Part shown: one piece after another, positions 13,440-26,279 of the stretch | How positions within the stretch are numbered: position 1 is the stretch's first letter | Layout: each line of letters starts with the position of its first letter | From: Piromyces finnis finn | Taxonomy: Eukaryota > Fungi > Neocallimastigomycota | Direction of reading: 5' to 3' | NCBI GenBank assembly: GCA_002104945.1 | Contig: MCFH01000007.1 | Span: 496,001-560,000, forward strand | DNA: 64,000 nucleotides | Translations under genes and position numbers: made by a program | Notes under the pieces: generated by a model | Seen by the model: only the letters and a program-made list of their open reading frames with translations | What the model was told of the DNA's origin: nothing | Databases searched by the model: none

Positions 13440-15076
13440 TTTCTTTTTGTTTTTTAAATGATTTTTTTATTTAGTAGTTATATATATTATATGTTTTTAA
13501 AAAAAATAAAAAGAAAAATATCACTTTTATATAAGAATTTTCTATATAATTTTTGATTTGGATATCTTTTTATATTAGATAAATATATCTGATCTATTTT
13601 TAAAATCTATTTAAAATATATATATATATATAAAAAACTGTATTTAAATAACATCCTATAAAATTTACTATAAATATTTAAATAGTAAGTTATAGCAAAA
13701 GTTACTTTATTATTTAAAGTTTTGATTTTAATTAGAATGGTAATGATAATAGTATATAATTATTATATTTCATAATATTCTAATAATTTTTAAAGTTCCA
13801 TCTTAATTTTATATACATATTATAAATCTTTATTTTAAAAATAAAGATTTGAAATAATAAAATTTGAATACTTTAATAGTATTGTAGGTTTAAATAAAAT
13901 AAAGTTTTTTTTTTCTGAAATTATAAATATCTTTTCCATTTTTTTATATAATTGGAAAAAAAAACTTATATATATTTTTAAAAATAAACTATAATTATTA
14001 AAAAAAAAGAGAGAGAGAATTTTACACTGAAAATTTTCATTTTTTCATATTATAAATAGTTTTATAAATAATATAAAAAAAAAAAATAGGTTAAGTTTTT
14101 TAATAAAATAAAATAAAATTAATTATTTGATATTAAAAATTTTCACCAAAATTATGTTATATAATACCCTATAATTTAATTTTGGTGAAATAAAATAAAC
14201 TTTATTAAAATATCTATGAATGAAGTATCAAAACTATTATCATTTTATAAATCAGAATATTATTCAAGTAATATGAACTTTTTAATATTCCAAATAATGT
14301 CACAATATGATAATATTATTATTTAGTATGCTTAAATATCATTTTATATTATTTATTATTTATTTTGTTTGTTGGAGAAATTAATTAGCCTCCAATATTT
14401 CATTCTATTCCTTTTTTTTTCTTTTGAAATTTATTTAATATTAGTGAATGTATCAAATCTATATACCGAAATTTTATCTTATAAATATATGAAACTTTAT
14501 TTTGAATAATAGATTTATAATTTTCATAATTATAACAAATAATAATAATTTATATAAAAAACTTTTAAAAGATATTTTATTAAGATAATATACCTATTTA
14601 GTATAATAATAAAAATGTTAATATGACAATGAAATTTACTTGATATTTAAAAAAAAAAAAGGTCATTAATAAAAAATAATTATTATTATTTCAAAATGGT
14701 TTAAAATGATTTAAATTTTAATTATTATAACAAGTTATGTAATTATTACAATGAATGAAGGGTTTTCTTTCACATTTAAATTAAAAGTTTTTACCTTCTT
14801 TTTTTAAACTCTTAAAATAAATATCCAAAATTAACCATTCTTTTGGTGGTTGATTTCTTTTCTTTTTTTTTTTTTAAAAATCAAATTTAAGAATATTCTT
14901 TTTTTCAATTAAAGTTTTGTTTATAAAATATTTTTTATATTAATTGGTTAATGTTTACTAAACCGTGATTGGTTTATTTTAAGAAATATAAATTTAATGT
15001 TTATACTTTAAAAAATAATAAAAAAAAATAAAACAAAATATTTTTATAAACATTATTTTTAAAAAATAGAAAAAGT

Positions 15077-16282
15077 ATGTCTTCAGCAGCGGGTAGTGAT
15101 ATACAGTATAATGAAGTAGAAGATGATGAAAAATCTTTACTAGAAAATATTATTATTGATGAAGATGAAAATAATATAAAAGAATCTTTATTAGAAGAAT
15201 CTGTAATAAATAAAAAAAACTCAAAATTCAACATTTTAAAGTTCTTAAAAAATAACAAAAAAATAATAATAATAATAGCAAGTATTGTTATTATTCTTGG
15301 TATTTTTGGTTTCTTTTTAGTTAATTATATTAACGATACTATTAAAGAAATTAAAAGTAGAGATGAAAATTATACATTAAGGAAATATGTAAAAATTGTA
15401 GATAAGCATGATGCCAATGATACTTATGAAAATTGGAATAATAATACTAGTAATAAAAAGGCCTATCTTATTATGTTAACTTCTGAAGGGGAACAAGTTG
15501 ATAATTATTATATGTATACAAGCGCTGTCGTATATAGATTACTTCATAAGGAGGAAACACGTATTAAAAGAAATGATATAGATGTAATTGTTATGGTTAC
15601 TGAGGATGTTGCCGATTGGAAATTAAGAGGTTTACATAATCTGGGGGCTATCATTAAGCGTGTAAATAAAATTACCCTGGATATAAAAAATATAAATGAA
15701 AGATGGAGAAATTGCTACACAAAGCTTCGTATGTTTGGAATGACGGAATATGATACCATAATATATTTAGATGCTGATTTATATATAAAGAAAAATGTGG
15801 ATGAATTATTTGATTTAGCAAATGATATTAGAAATACAACCGGTAGAAATGATTTCTTTGGTGCTGTAACCGATAGTCCAATAAAAATAAACTATAATAA
15901 CAGAGAAAGAAAAGGAATGTTAAATGCAGGTATTATGATTTTAACACCTGAAATAGCCCTATATAACGATTTAATTGAATTAGCTCCCAAAATAGAATTA
16001 TACGATAAACGTTTTATGGAACAAGGATTATTAAGTTATTATTATTCCGATACTAATAATTTATTTAATCGTACACGTTATCATTTAGATCCTCGTTATA
16101 ACGCTCAATGGTTGAGTGATAGCGTATTTAATGAATACTACGATAAGGTTTACATTATTCATCAAAAACTTGGAAACACCGAACATGCAAAAAGTAAACA
16201 AGTTCAAAAAGATATATTTAACTCAATTGTGGAATGGATGTCTTTTGCAAATAATGAAAAAATAGATATCTCCTATGACTAA
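15077..16282 (+). CDS. Glycosyltransferase family 8, type II membrane protein
   Basis: N-terminal TM segment. Motifs YTKLRMFGMTEY, IIYLDADLYI (DxD), LNAGIMILTP, EQGLLSYYY, RYNAQ and IIHQK. Intronless. Confidence 0.88.
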   Translation: MSSAAGSDIQYNEVEDDEKSLLENIIIDEDENNIKESLLEESVINKKNSKFNILKFLKNNKKIIIIIASIVIILGIFGFFLVNYINDTIKEIKSRDENYTLRKYVKIVDKHDANDTYENWNNNTSNKKAYLIMLTSEGEQVDNYYMYTSAVVYRLLHKEETRIKRNDIDVIVMVTEDVADWKLRGLHNLGAIIKRVNKITLDIKNINERWRNCYTKLRMFGMTEYDTIIYLDADLYIKKNVDELFDLANDIRNTTGRNDFFGAVTDSPIKINYNNRERKGMLNAGIMILTPEIALYNDLIELAPKIELYDKRFMEQGLLSYYYSDTNNLFNRTRYHLDPRYNAQWLSDSVFNEYYDKVYIIHQKLGNTEHAKSKQVQKDIFNSIVEWMSFANNEKIDISYD

Positions 16283-16812
16283 TTTATATTCCCAAAATAA
16301 AAAAAAAAATATAAACAATATTAAAAAAGAAAGATCATACCATTAATGTTTTAAAACGAGAATTTATCCTTTTTATTATCTACTAATCTTTTACGCAAAA
16401 AATACCATTTACATTTTATAAAAAAAAACCTATATAATAAGTTACTATTATACTTACTCATAATAGTAATAATAATAGTAATAGTAATAATAAAAATAAT
16501 AAAAATAAAAACTAGCAATGAAAAACTAACCATATTAAATGTTATAATCATTTAAGGTTAGTATAGAATAAACTATTAATCTATAAAAAATAAGATATAG
16601 AATTATATATATATATAAAAAAAGATAAATAAAAAAAAAGAAAAAAGAAAAAGAAACAAAAAAAAAAAAAAACATTCATTACCTTCATTTATCTATAATA
16701 ATAAATAAATAAATTATAAGAGAGCTTTTTTTTTTTTTTTTATTTTTATTTTAATTTTATATTATATTAATTGCTTTATTGTAATAAATATTAAATATTT
16801 AAAACCAAAAAA

Positions 16813-16843
<31 letters not shown>

Positions 16844-17651
16844 TTTACCTCTTTGTCCGAAATATAGTTATTGAATGAATTAATAAGCTCTCTGTTATTA
16901 TTAACTGCTCTACTTTTTCTACTTTTTAATATTTTAAAAATATTATTTATTATGATATACTATCTTTTGCCAGTAATGAGAAAAAAGAGTTTTACATTCT
17001 GTACAAATATTTATTTAAAAAAGAATTTACATTTTAAATATTTCTCATTCTACTCCTAAACCTAAAGTGTAGAAATGCCTCCAATGATATAATGAAAGGA
17101 TATAATGAAAGGCTATATTTACTCTTTTTCATACATTTACATGAATCAATTTCATAGTGTACATTAAAAAGAAATATTAAAAAAAATTTTTTTTTTTTTT
17201 CATTGATGTATATTTAAATTTTTTAATTGTAATTTTTAGATATATAAAAAGAAAAGTTATCAAGACATATTAATTCATAGAAATATTTAAAAAAAAAAAA
17301 AACAAATAAAATAGATGAATAAAAACAGAAATACCTCCAATAATAATAATTTATATATATATATTTTATTATGAATAATTAATTAGTATTATGGAATATA
17401 TTTTTTTTTTTAAAAAAAATGCGTTTTTTAATTTTTTATAAAGTATATATTACATGGTTATAACTTATTATCTATTAATATAAAATGTGATGAAAAATGA
17501 TATTTATATAGACGAATATTATAAATAAAAATGAATAATTATGAATTTTTTTTTATTGTTATTACTATTAATTATCAAAACTTTTATCATTCATTTCTAT
17601 TTTTTTTTTTTTTTTTTATCTTTAACTTATTCTATAATTATGGGATTTGAT

Positions 17652-19416
17652 TTATTGTTGAGTATTATTTAGTTCAGCATAAGCACGATAGAATGTTGTG
17701 TCACCATCAATAGCTTCTAATGTAATATTTGTATCTGCACCAACAAAGAATATAGAACCCTTACAAGCATCAAGCATTTTTTCATCATAAATTATATGAC
17801 CATGACCTTCTGTAACAAGAACAATACTTGGTCCCATAATACCATCAAAGTTTTCTGATTTTACGGTCTTTGGTGATAATTTTGTACAAAGAATGGAAAA
17901 TTCTTCAATAGGTGGATTGTATAATACGGTTGACTTTGATTGTAAATAGGGTGAACCGCTAATAATTTGATTATCTGCTGATATACTTGTATAAGTTAAC
18001 ATATCAATTAAAGTTTCAACATCCTTGAATTTTGGAGTTAATCCAGCACGAACGACATTATCACTTGCAGCCATGCATTCAATACAATCTAGAAATATTT
18101 TATTATTTATAAATACATTTTTATATTCAATAAAAAAAAAGAAAATTATTTAGATTAAAACGCATTTATTCAATCTTTACATAAAATGGTAAATATTTTA
18201 ATAGTTATAATGAAAATATATATATATTTCGTTTTACCTCCTGAAATATAGGCATGTGGTTCATTAGCAGCCAAGTATAAACCTTCACCAGGTTTTAAAG
18301 AAATAAAGTTTAATAAGAAAATTGAAAAGACACCAACATCGCCTGGATATTGAGATTCAATTCTTATTATAACTTCATTGAGAGTACCCCTCTTTGGATT
18401 TGGATCAGTTGTTTTAATACGATTAATTAATTTTTCAAGATTAGTCTTAATGATATCATGATCTTGTTCCATTAAACTTTTATAGACATTTTTTAAAATA
18501 TTCTTTTTTCTTTCAACATCAAATGGACTGACAATTTTATCATCATCAATAATTGATTTAAAATCTTCATATACTTTTTTTCCAATAACATTAATAATTT
18601 CTGGATAATTATTTATGTTTTGTTCAATATCTTTAAGAGGTCTAAATCCACAGACACATTCAAATGGTGTTAAAGCAATTGCCATTTCAGGTTTGTGATT
18701 ATCATCTTTTTTTTTTTTTTTTTTTTTTTCATTTTCATTTTTCAATAAAAAATATAATATATATAAAATTTTTGTTAGTTTTTATAATTTACTATTATTA
18801 ATTTATTTATTTAAGTATTTAATATTATTAAAATATTTTTTCATTAAGATTATATTTTTATTAATTATATATGACATAGTAAATAGTAAATATCATTGAA
18901 TACTATTACGATTTTTTACCTTTATATTTATCTGGGAAATTTTGATACAAGTATTCAGCTAATTTCTTATCAGGATGAGCTTGAATGGATAAAGCAGTTC
19001 TAATAGAAAGTACCTTAAATAAGAATGGAAGATCGCCTTCATACTTATTTGAAATACCTTGTGAAATTAAATCTGGATGAGCTGAAATAATTTTTTTTAA
19101 AGATTCACCTGTTTCTTTTTTAATACTTGGACCATTTGGATGTGTACCCATCCATAACTGTTATTTTATTTTAAAAAAAAATAAAGGTTAATAAAAAATA
19201 TAATTAATAATACATGTATTAATACATAAAACCTTGCATAAATATATATATATATTTAATAATAAAAAAAATTACCTCTGCATATTTTTGTTCGGAATCA
19301 ATTGAAATTTCTGGATATGCATTAGAGATTAATTCAGCAACCTTACTATTAGTACCAATTTTTCCCCATGCGTAATTTTGAACTTTCGGAACAATTTGAA
19401 AAACTCTTTCAGTCAT
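17652..19416 (-). CDS. PMI40: Mannose-6-phosphate isomerase, type I (4 exons)
   Basis: VQNYAWGKIG, YAELWMGTHPNGPS, LPFLFKVLSIRTALSIQAHPDK, DDNHKPEMAIALT, FLLNFISLKPGEG.YLAANEPHAYISG and CMAASDNVVRAGLTPKFKDV. Confidence 0.96.
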
Positions 19417-21577
19417 TTTTCTTTTTTTTTTTTATTTATATATAATATATTATTTTAATAAAAAAAAATATATGAATTGGATAAAGACAGAGTTAGAAAT
19501 ATAAAGTCTAAACATAATCTTGAGATTATACGCTAATAAATTATAAATAAATGAATGAAATAATCAAAATAATAATTATTTTTTAACTTTTTTTAAAATA
19601 ATTATCCATCTACGCGGAAATAATAATATAATATGATATTTAATACATATTTATATTATTTCTATTATATACATGTAATAGAGCACTTTCTTTTTTAAAA
19701 AAAGAAAAAAAACGTATAAATGGTAAATTTCTTTAAATTTTTATATTGAGTTTACTTACATATTATATATATTATTTATTTTATATTTTTCTGTTTTCTT
19801 GTTATTTTCTTGTTAGTTTTGGTTTTTTATTCCTTGTTGCTGTAAATATTTATAATATTATGCTTACTTTTTCTTGCTTTGTTTACTTTAAAAAAGAGAA
19901 AGTAAAAACAATGGCACTTTTTTTTATATATATATAAATATTTTATGAAATAATAAGAATAATAATAAAAAAAAGATAATTCTTCTTTATACACGTAATT
20001 TAATTATAATTTTTAATCAAACCTTCCTTTTAAAGTAATTCATTTATATTTATATAATAAAGATTCAAGCCACAAATTACATTAAAGAGTTTTTTTAATT
20101 TTTGAATTTATATAATTTATATATATCATATATTAAGTTAAACTTTAAATTATATTAAATCAAATATTATCCTATAACCTCAAAGTTCCTTTTTTATAAT
20201 TAATAAAGTTAGATATTCATCACAAGTTTAAAATTATATAAACATATATATTTATTACATTTTACATATGTTAGAATTATAAAAAGTCTATAATTTTATT
20301 TCTTTTTAAAATTCCTTATTTAATCTTTTTTAAATGAAATATTATTTGATTTTATTCCTTCTTTTTCGGTTCCTATTCCAATTAATTTAAATGCTATATT
20401 GAAAAAAAAAATTGAATTTAAAAAGTAAATGCTTATAAATAATAACTTTTAAATAATTTACTTAAAAATGGTAATAAAATGTCTGTATACACAAAAGATT
20501 ACTTAAATTAATAGAATATACTATTTATCCTTTGTGTGTAATTGATGTTTAGAAATCACAATTCTAATATATGATGATAAATTAATTTTTTATTAATATA
20601 AAATAAATAAATAGATCATTAAATTAAATAATGGAATAAATATTTTATTTATTGATGATCCCTAATTGTTTTAAAATCATAATAAACTCTTGGTTTTCCT
20701 AGAATATTCATGTACATTATTAATAAAAATTCATAATAGCCACATATATTGTATGTATAATGAGCTATTTATAAATAATTATAAATAAACTTTATTAATA
20801 ATTTTTAATCAACAAATAACAGTATTAATTATAGATTAAAATATTTAATTACTTTAAAACTTTATTAAATAAATAAATAAATAACCTGAATTAACAACAA
20901 TAAAAAAAAACAAAAGGAAACTTGGCTTATTTTTCTTTTTTTTTTTTTTTTTACAACTTATTTTGTTAATAGAAAATACATTATGAATATTTTTAAATGA
21001 TGATTCTATAAATTTTATCTATTTCTAATAACTGTTCTATGAAGGGATAGAATTTAATAATTTCTTTATGAAATCATCCTTTTTTTTATTAATTTTTTGT
21101 TTTTTTTTGTATATATTAATTGGCATGTTTCAGATGATGAAAAAATTAAATTTATAGATATTGATGAAGGATGGAGAAGCATTTAAAACCAAAAAGTAAA
21201 AATTAGGTACCAGATCAGATCAATTAAGTCACACCACCAAAGTAAGGATTACCTAGTCTAACTTTTTGTTTATTATTTTTATTATAAATATTATGAGAGT
21301 TTTAATATTTTTTTCTTTTCTAAATATTAAAATGTATCTTTTTACTTTTTTTTTCTTTTGAAAAAATTATAATAAAGTTTACTTTGAATATTCTTTTTGC
21401 CACTAAATATCCTCTAGTTTGTTTATACAAATATAGTTTAATTGCTTATTATGATTTTACATTTACATTATATATACATTACAACATTCTATTATATTGT
21501 AGAAATAATTTTTAAACATTATAAATACTTAACTAAAAAAATTAGTAAACTATTTTGTAAAGTTAATGGAACATGCC

Positions 21578-21734
21578 TAATTTATACATAATTTATATCC
21601 TAGTATAAAAAGTAGACGAATAGTAATTTATACATAATTTACATCCTAGTATAAAAAGTAGACGAATAGTAATTTATACATAATTTATACCCTAGTTATA
21701 TTTGTATAGAGTAGACGAATAGTAATTTATACAT
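21578..21734. repeat. 46-bp tandem repeat, about 3.3 copies
   Basis: Unit taatttatacataatttatatcctagtataaaaagtagacgaatag. The third copy has an insertion. Confidence 0.9.
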
Positions 21735-22329
21735 TTTTATTTGATTATATATTTATAAATATTATTTAGTTTAAATATTCATATCTATTAATATTTACTA
21801 TAATAAAAAATTTTTTTATGGGTTAAAATAAACACATTATTTAAAGATAAAAAAAAAGACATCTTTTGATGATGGTGCTGAATTATTATAATTATTATAG
21901 TCATAAATATTTATTTTTAAATTATTGGTATTTTCCAATAAAATTCTTTTATAAAATGACTTTTAAAATTAAATAAAATATTTTTTATTTCTTTATTTCT
22001 CTTTAATTACTTGGGTTATGATTGAATTAATAATAATAGAGAATTGGTTAATAAATATAATTTTAAATATTATAATTAAATATTGAAAGTTTAAGACAAC
22101 TAAAGATATACTTTTAGATGGTCTAAAACAGTTCAATAAATTGTATAAATTAAATGTATTTTCCTCACATATAATTTATAATATTTTCTAATGCCAGGAT
22201 TGTAAAAAATAAAAAAAAAAATATTTATTATTATTTTTTTTTTTACTCCACCAGGTTTTCAATTTTATTAATTTAATTGTAGGGTTTTTTTTTTTTTCCA
22301 TACCAATAATATATTATAGATGTAAAAAT

Positions 22330-23802
22330 TTAATATCCATGTAATACATGTTGTTTATCCTTTGGTAAATTATAGTATTTTAAAGCTTCTTCTCTCATTT
22401 CTGAATTTGTTTTAGAATACCAACTCTCATTATTAAACACTGAATTTCTTACATATTTGGAAAAATCGTCTTTTCCAAGTACACCAGCTAAATGTACTAA
22501 AAAGTCACCTTTTTTAATATGATTAGTAACATTGTAACCTTCACAACAATAAGAATTAAACTAATTTTGTGGAACAATTATATAATGACTATCTTCTTCC
22601 ATATTTTGTAAAACATGGAACATAGAAGATTGGTCATAATAATAAAGATCTTCTTCTGAATGATAAAAGGCATAGGTATAAGCTTTCATCATAAAATCAA
22701 TAGACCATGGATGAACACGAATTAAAAAAACTCCTGCATTTAATCCGTTAACATCACTTGTTATTACTAAATGAATATCATCTTTATCGTCTGGTGGAAT
22801 GAATGCTTTTAATTGAATATTTGGATTGGTGAGAACAACATCTCCATCAACCCAAAATAACCAATCATAACTTTGATTCTTCATTGCATCCATTAAATGT
22901 TCTAAAATATAATATAATTTCATATAATAGATAGATCTTGTCTTTATTATATTTTGATCCTCTAACGAAAAACCATAATTATAAGCATCCGCATATTGTG
23001 CAAATTCACTAATGGCATTCTCATAGACAGAATCTTTTTTGACTTTATCTGCAAACATAATAATTTCAAATTTTGGTTCTTGAATTTCTTTTGGCTTACA
23101 ATGGTATGTTACGTCCATGTAAAGACTGCGTTCTGAACATGGTGTTCCATAAATTATTGTACTTGGTTTAATGTAGCAAGAACGGTTATCGTCACATAAC
23201 TTTTTAACTTTATCTAGTGGTTTTAATTCACACTTTTCTTCTTCGGATACGGTAATCCAATTTTCTGGATAATCATTTCCATTTTCATCTTTTATACATT
23301 TTTTATTATCATTTACTCTTCGACCAAAGAATACATCCTCAATTTCAATTGAAAAACCAACAGGACATATTATTTTATTTCCTTCATAAGATTCTAATAC
23401 TTTACTGGTATCATAAGTACAGAATATTCCGGTTACTGATGGTAAAGTATTATTGGTATTATGAATTTTTATTTTTTCATCCTTTTGAATATTAGGTTTA
23501 TGTTTAATCATTGAATGTATATTATATTTTACATCGTCTGTTGTTGTATTTGTATTATAGTATTTTAAATATTTTTGTTGCTTATTAATTTTATTATCAT
23601 TAGTTGATATAGTTGGTATAGTGATATTTTCATACTTTAGCTTTATAATATCATCCATTTTTTCACTATAAATGGTATTAAATACTTTATCATTTAGAGT
23701 ATTCATTGAAAATTTATATAATATTTCAAAAGTACCACCCAATACAAGGATAGCAGTAAATGTTAATAGTATATATTGATACTTTTTATATATTAATTCC
23801 AT
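22330..23802 (-). pseudogene. Gal/Rha-binding (SUEL) lectin-GT34 fusion, paralog 1, with a premature stop codon
   Basis: Matches 30816..32276, but TGG(W) has become TAG at 22561-22563. The same frame continues (FNSYCCEG...DFLVHLAGV...ALKYYNLPKDKQHVLHGY*) to TAA at 22330, 491 codons in total. Confidence 0.85.
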
Positions 23803-24494
23803 TTTATTATATATATATGTTTTATAATTTAAAAATAAAAATACTTTGATATAAAAGTTATAAAATATATATTTTTATATTTTTAGTTTCAAAACTCTTT
23901 GAAATAAAAATTGATAAATGTTTAAACTATTTATGTTTTTTAGTATTTGGTATATTAGCTAATTATAATAGCTATTTATTTTTTTTGTTATTAATTTTTG
24001 AATTTTTAATATTAAAAGAGTTTTTTATTATATATATTTTCTTTTTATTATATACTATTTTGAAATATTGTTGCTATTATTATGTTTGCTTTTTTCGAAA
24101 AAATGAAATAGCAACTTTATATATATTTTTGTATATTATTTTTTTTATGTTTTTTTTTCAATGTTTAAAGAGAAAAAAAAAAAAAAAAAAAAAACATTTT
24201 AATATATTTTTTAATATATATAACTTCTCCAGTTATGAAAAAATTTTATATTAAAAAGACGATCTTTATTTAATATTATTATATGAGAATGAGAATAAAA
24301 AAGTATGGCATTATTGAAACAAATATTAATATCTAACAAAAAAAACAATATTTAAATTATACCTTACTATAGATTTAGCTTATAATAAAATAGAGAATAA
24401 ATTTTAAAATTGTATATTTAACCTTTAGTCTTTAGTTCTTTCTCTTCTTTTTTATTTTAAATATGATACACTTTTGAGTGATATTTTTTGAAAC

Positions 24495-24710
24495 TATTAG
24501 GAGTGGTAATTTAGGATTTATGATTATGTCAACTTTATTAATATATTTTATGATAAAGAACTACTTGCGTTACATTCTTCTCAAACTACATGTATTTATA
24601 CATTTGCATTGTGGCTTAAACATATAATTAAATACAATATATACAAATACGTTTTAATACATTTCAATACATTTGAATACATGTGACATAACGTTTCACA
24701 TATTCTAACA
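24495..24710 (-). repeat. 3' LTR (216 bp, TG...TA on the minus strand)
   Basis: Minus strand reads TGTTAGAATATG...CACTCCTAATA. 214/216 identical to 29747-29962. Confidence 0.93.
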
Positions 24711-24720
24711 TTCCCCCTCA
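24711..24720 (-). promoter_or_regulatory. Polypurine tract (TGAGGGGGAA) abutting the 3' LTR
   Basis: Plus strand ttccccctca lies immediately next to the LTR terminus ...ctaaca, a typical copia GAGGGGGAA-TG junction. Confidence 0.88.
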
Positions 24721-25020
24721 AACCTAATTTTCTACTAAGTAAAATTTGGTTTGCTGGTGAATATGTGCATTTTATTATTTCTAAACTATTAACTATAAAC
24801 TAAATCTAATGTTTAAAATTTTTATATTTCATTAACTGGAATTTAAAATATTTCACATATATTATTCACTAATTGCTTTAAAGAATTTAAATATTACCCT
24901 ATAACTTCGTTTTTATGGATAAACTGAAAACCTTTGTATAATTGGGTAGTATTAAAGTTTAAAATTTGGATTGGATATTCATAAATTGTTATACCATCCA
25001 TTAAGGATTGAAAACCCTTC

Positions 25021-25280
25021 CGGTTTTACATTATCCTATAAACTATATTGGTAATCTCTCTGAGATTTACACAGAATTATAGACAACACATGGTTTACCT
25101 CTTTGGTTTTACGTTTTCTTAACAACTCATGGTTAACCTTTGATTTTACGTCCTTATGACAACACATATGGATAACTCTTTTTGGTTTTACGTTCTCTTA
25201 ACAACCTATGGTTAATCTTCTTGGTTTTACGTTCTTCGGACAACCTATGGATAACTCTCTGGTTTTATGTCCTTATAACT
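25021..25280. repeat. Degenerate ~39-bp tandem array (about 6-7 units) in the 3' internal region of the element
   Basis: Recurrent ggttttacgt(t/c)...acaac(c/t)(t/c)atgg(a/t)taa(c/t)ct units. Confidence 0.8.
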
Positions 25281-25677
25281 ACAATTTTCTTTAGAATATT
25301 AGCATAATTGTATTTCAATCTATTTGTAAATACTAATTAATAATGGTAAAATTTTAATTAAATTCTTAATAGTTATTTAGTTTATGTATATTGAATTTTA
25401 ACATTTTCTTTTAGGTGTTTTTCCTTCCTTTTATGCCTTTTGTATTGATTAATTATTCTTATAATATTTAAGAATATTTTACTTTGTATTTGAAATTTTG
25501 TTCTTTTCATTTTTACATATTGAATATTGAATCTTATAAATTTTTACATTTGAATTTCAATTCATTCTATTTATTAAGCCTTAGTTTCTATGCAATGTTT
25601 TAGTTATTTCCAATGTTTAACTAGAAACAAAAATTATTATCTTGAATTTTAAATTTCGTATATTCACTACTTCCCCC

Positions 25678-25681
<4 letters not shown>

Positions 25682-25747
<66 letters not shown>

Positions 25748-26279
25748 TTCCGAGTGCATTTCTCCCATCGATCAGAGTTAGCTCCAATGGTGGTTCTTAG
25801 AGAAACGTTGGCTCATTCCTATTGCTAGGTGGTTGTGACCCTCCTGGTCTGTCATACTGTTTCTTCAGCTTCGACGCTCACTTAATCCATGTACATTAGA
25901 TGCATGTCGTTGTACGATATTTCACAACTACAATGCTAAGCCTCTTATAGTCAATTTGATCACGTGTCAACCGCCCCCTAATGTTTACACTTAAATTGAT
26001 TAAGGAATATTATGTGTTTTTGGCATAGCCTAAGTCACCACTTATTAAGTTCTAATTTGGAATGTACCATGTACACTAGACCCTCTCAGGCCGGCTAGAC
26101 GAGTGTTATTATCATAGTAGTAAATTAGAAAGTTCATTTATACTTACCTGAATATCATAACCCAACCCATGGCAAACCCAGTGGGAAAATCCACAGGCAC
26201 TGACATCTGCGGGGTCGAACCAGAAGCCTTATGTATGCTAAGGAAACGCCTTAACAACCAGGATAAAAACTGGAACGAC
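25682..26279 (-). mobile_element. tRNA-Ala-derived SINE with 63-nt poly(A) tail and 13-bp TSD
   Basis: Head GCG-TTTCC-TTAGCAT-ACATA-AGGCT-TCTGG-TTCGACC-CCGCA has canonical tRNA spacing, anticodon AGC and a B box at 26211-26221. Poly(T) at 25682-25744 on plus. TSD acttccccctcaa at 25669-25681 and 26280-26292. No ORF. Confidence 0.88.

Noticed and set aside
21120-21260. Short coding-like fragment WHVSDDEKIKFIDIDEGWRSI*
   Set aside because: No start, no splice acceptor and no recognisable homology. It may be a decayed gene, but this cannot be supported.
26200-26279. Functional tRNA-Ala gene
   Set aside because: Anticodon and acceptor stems do not pair, and the sequence is the head of a poly(A)-tailed, TSD-flanked insertion.
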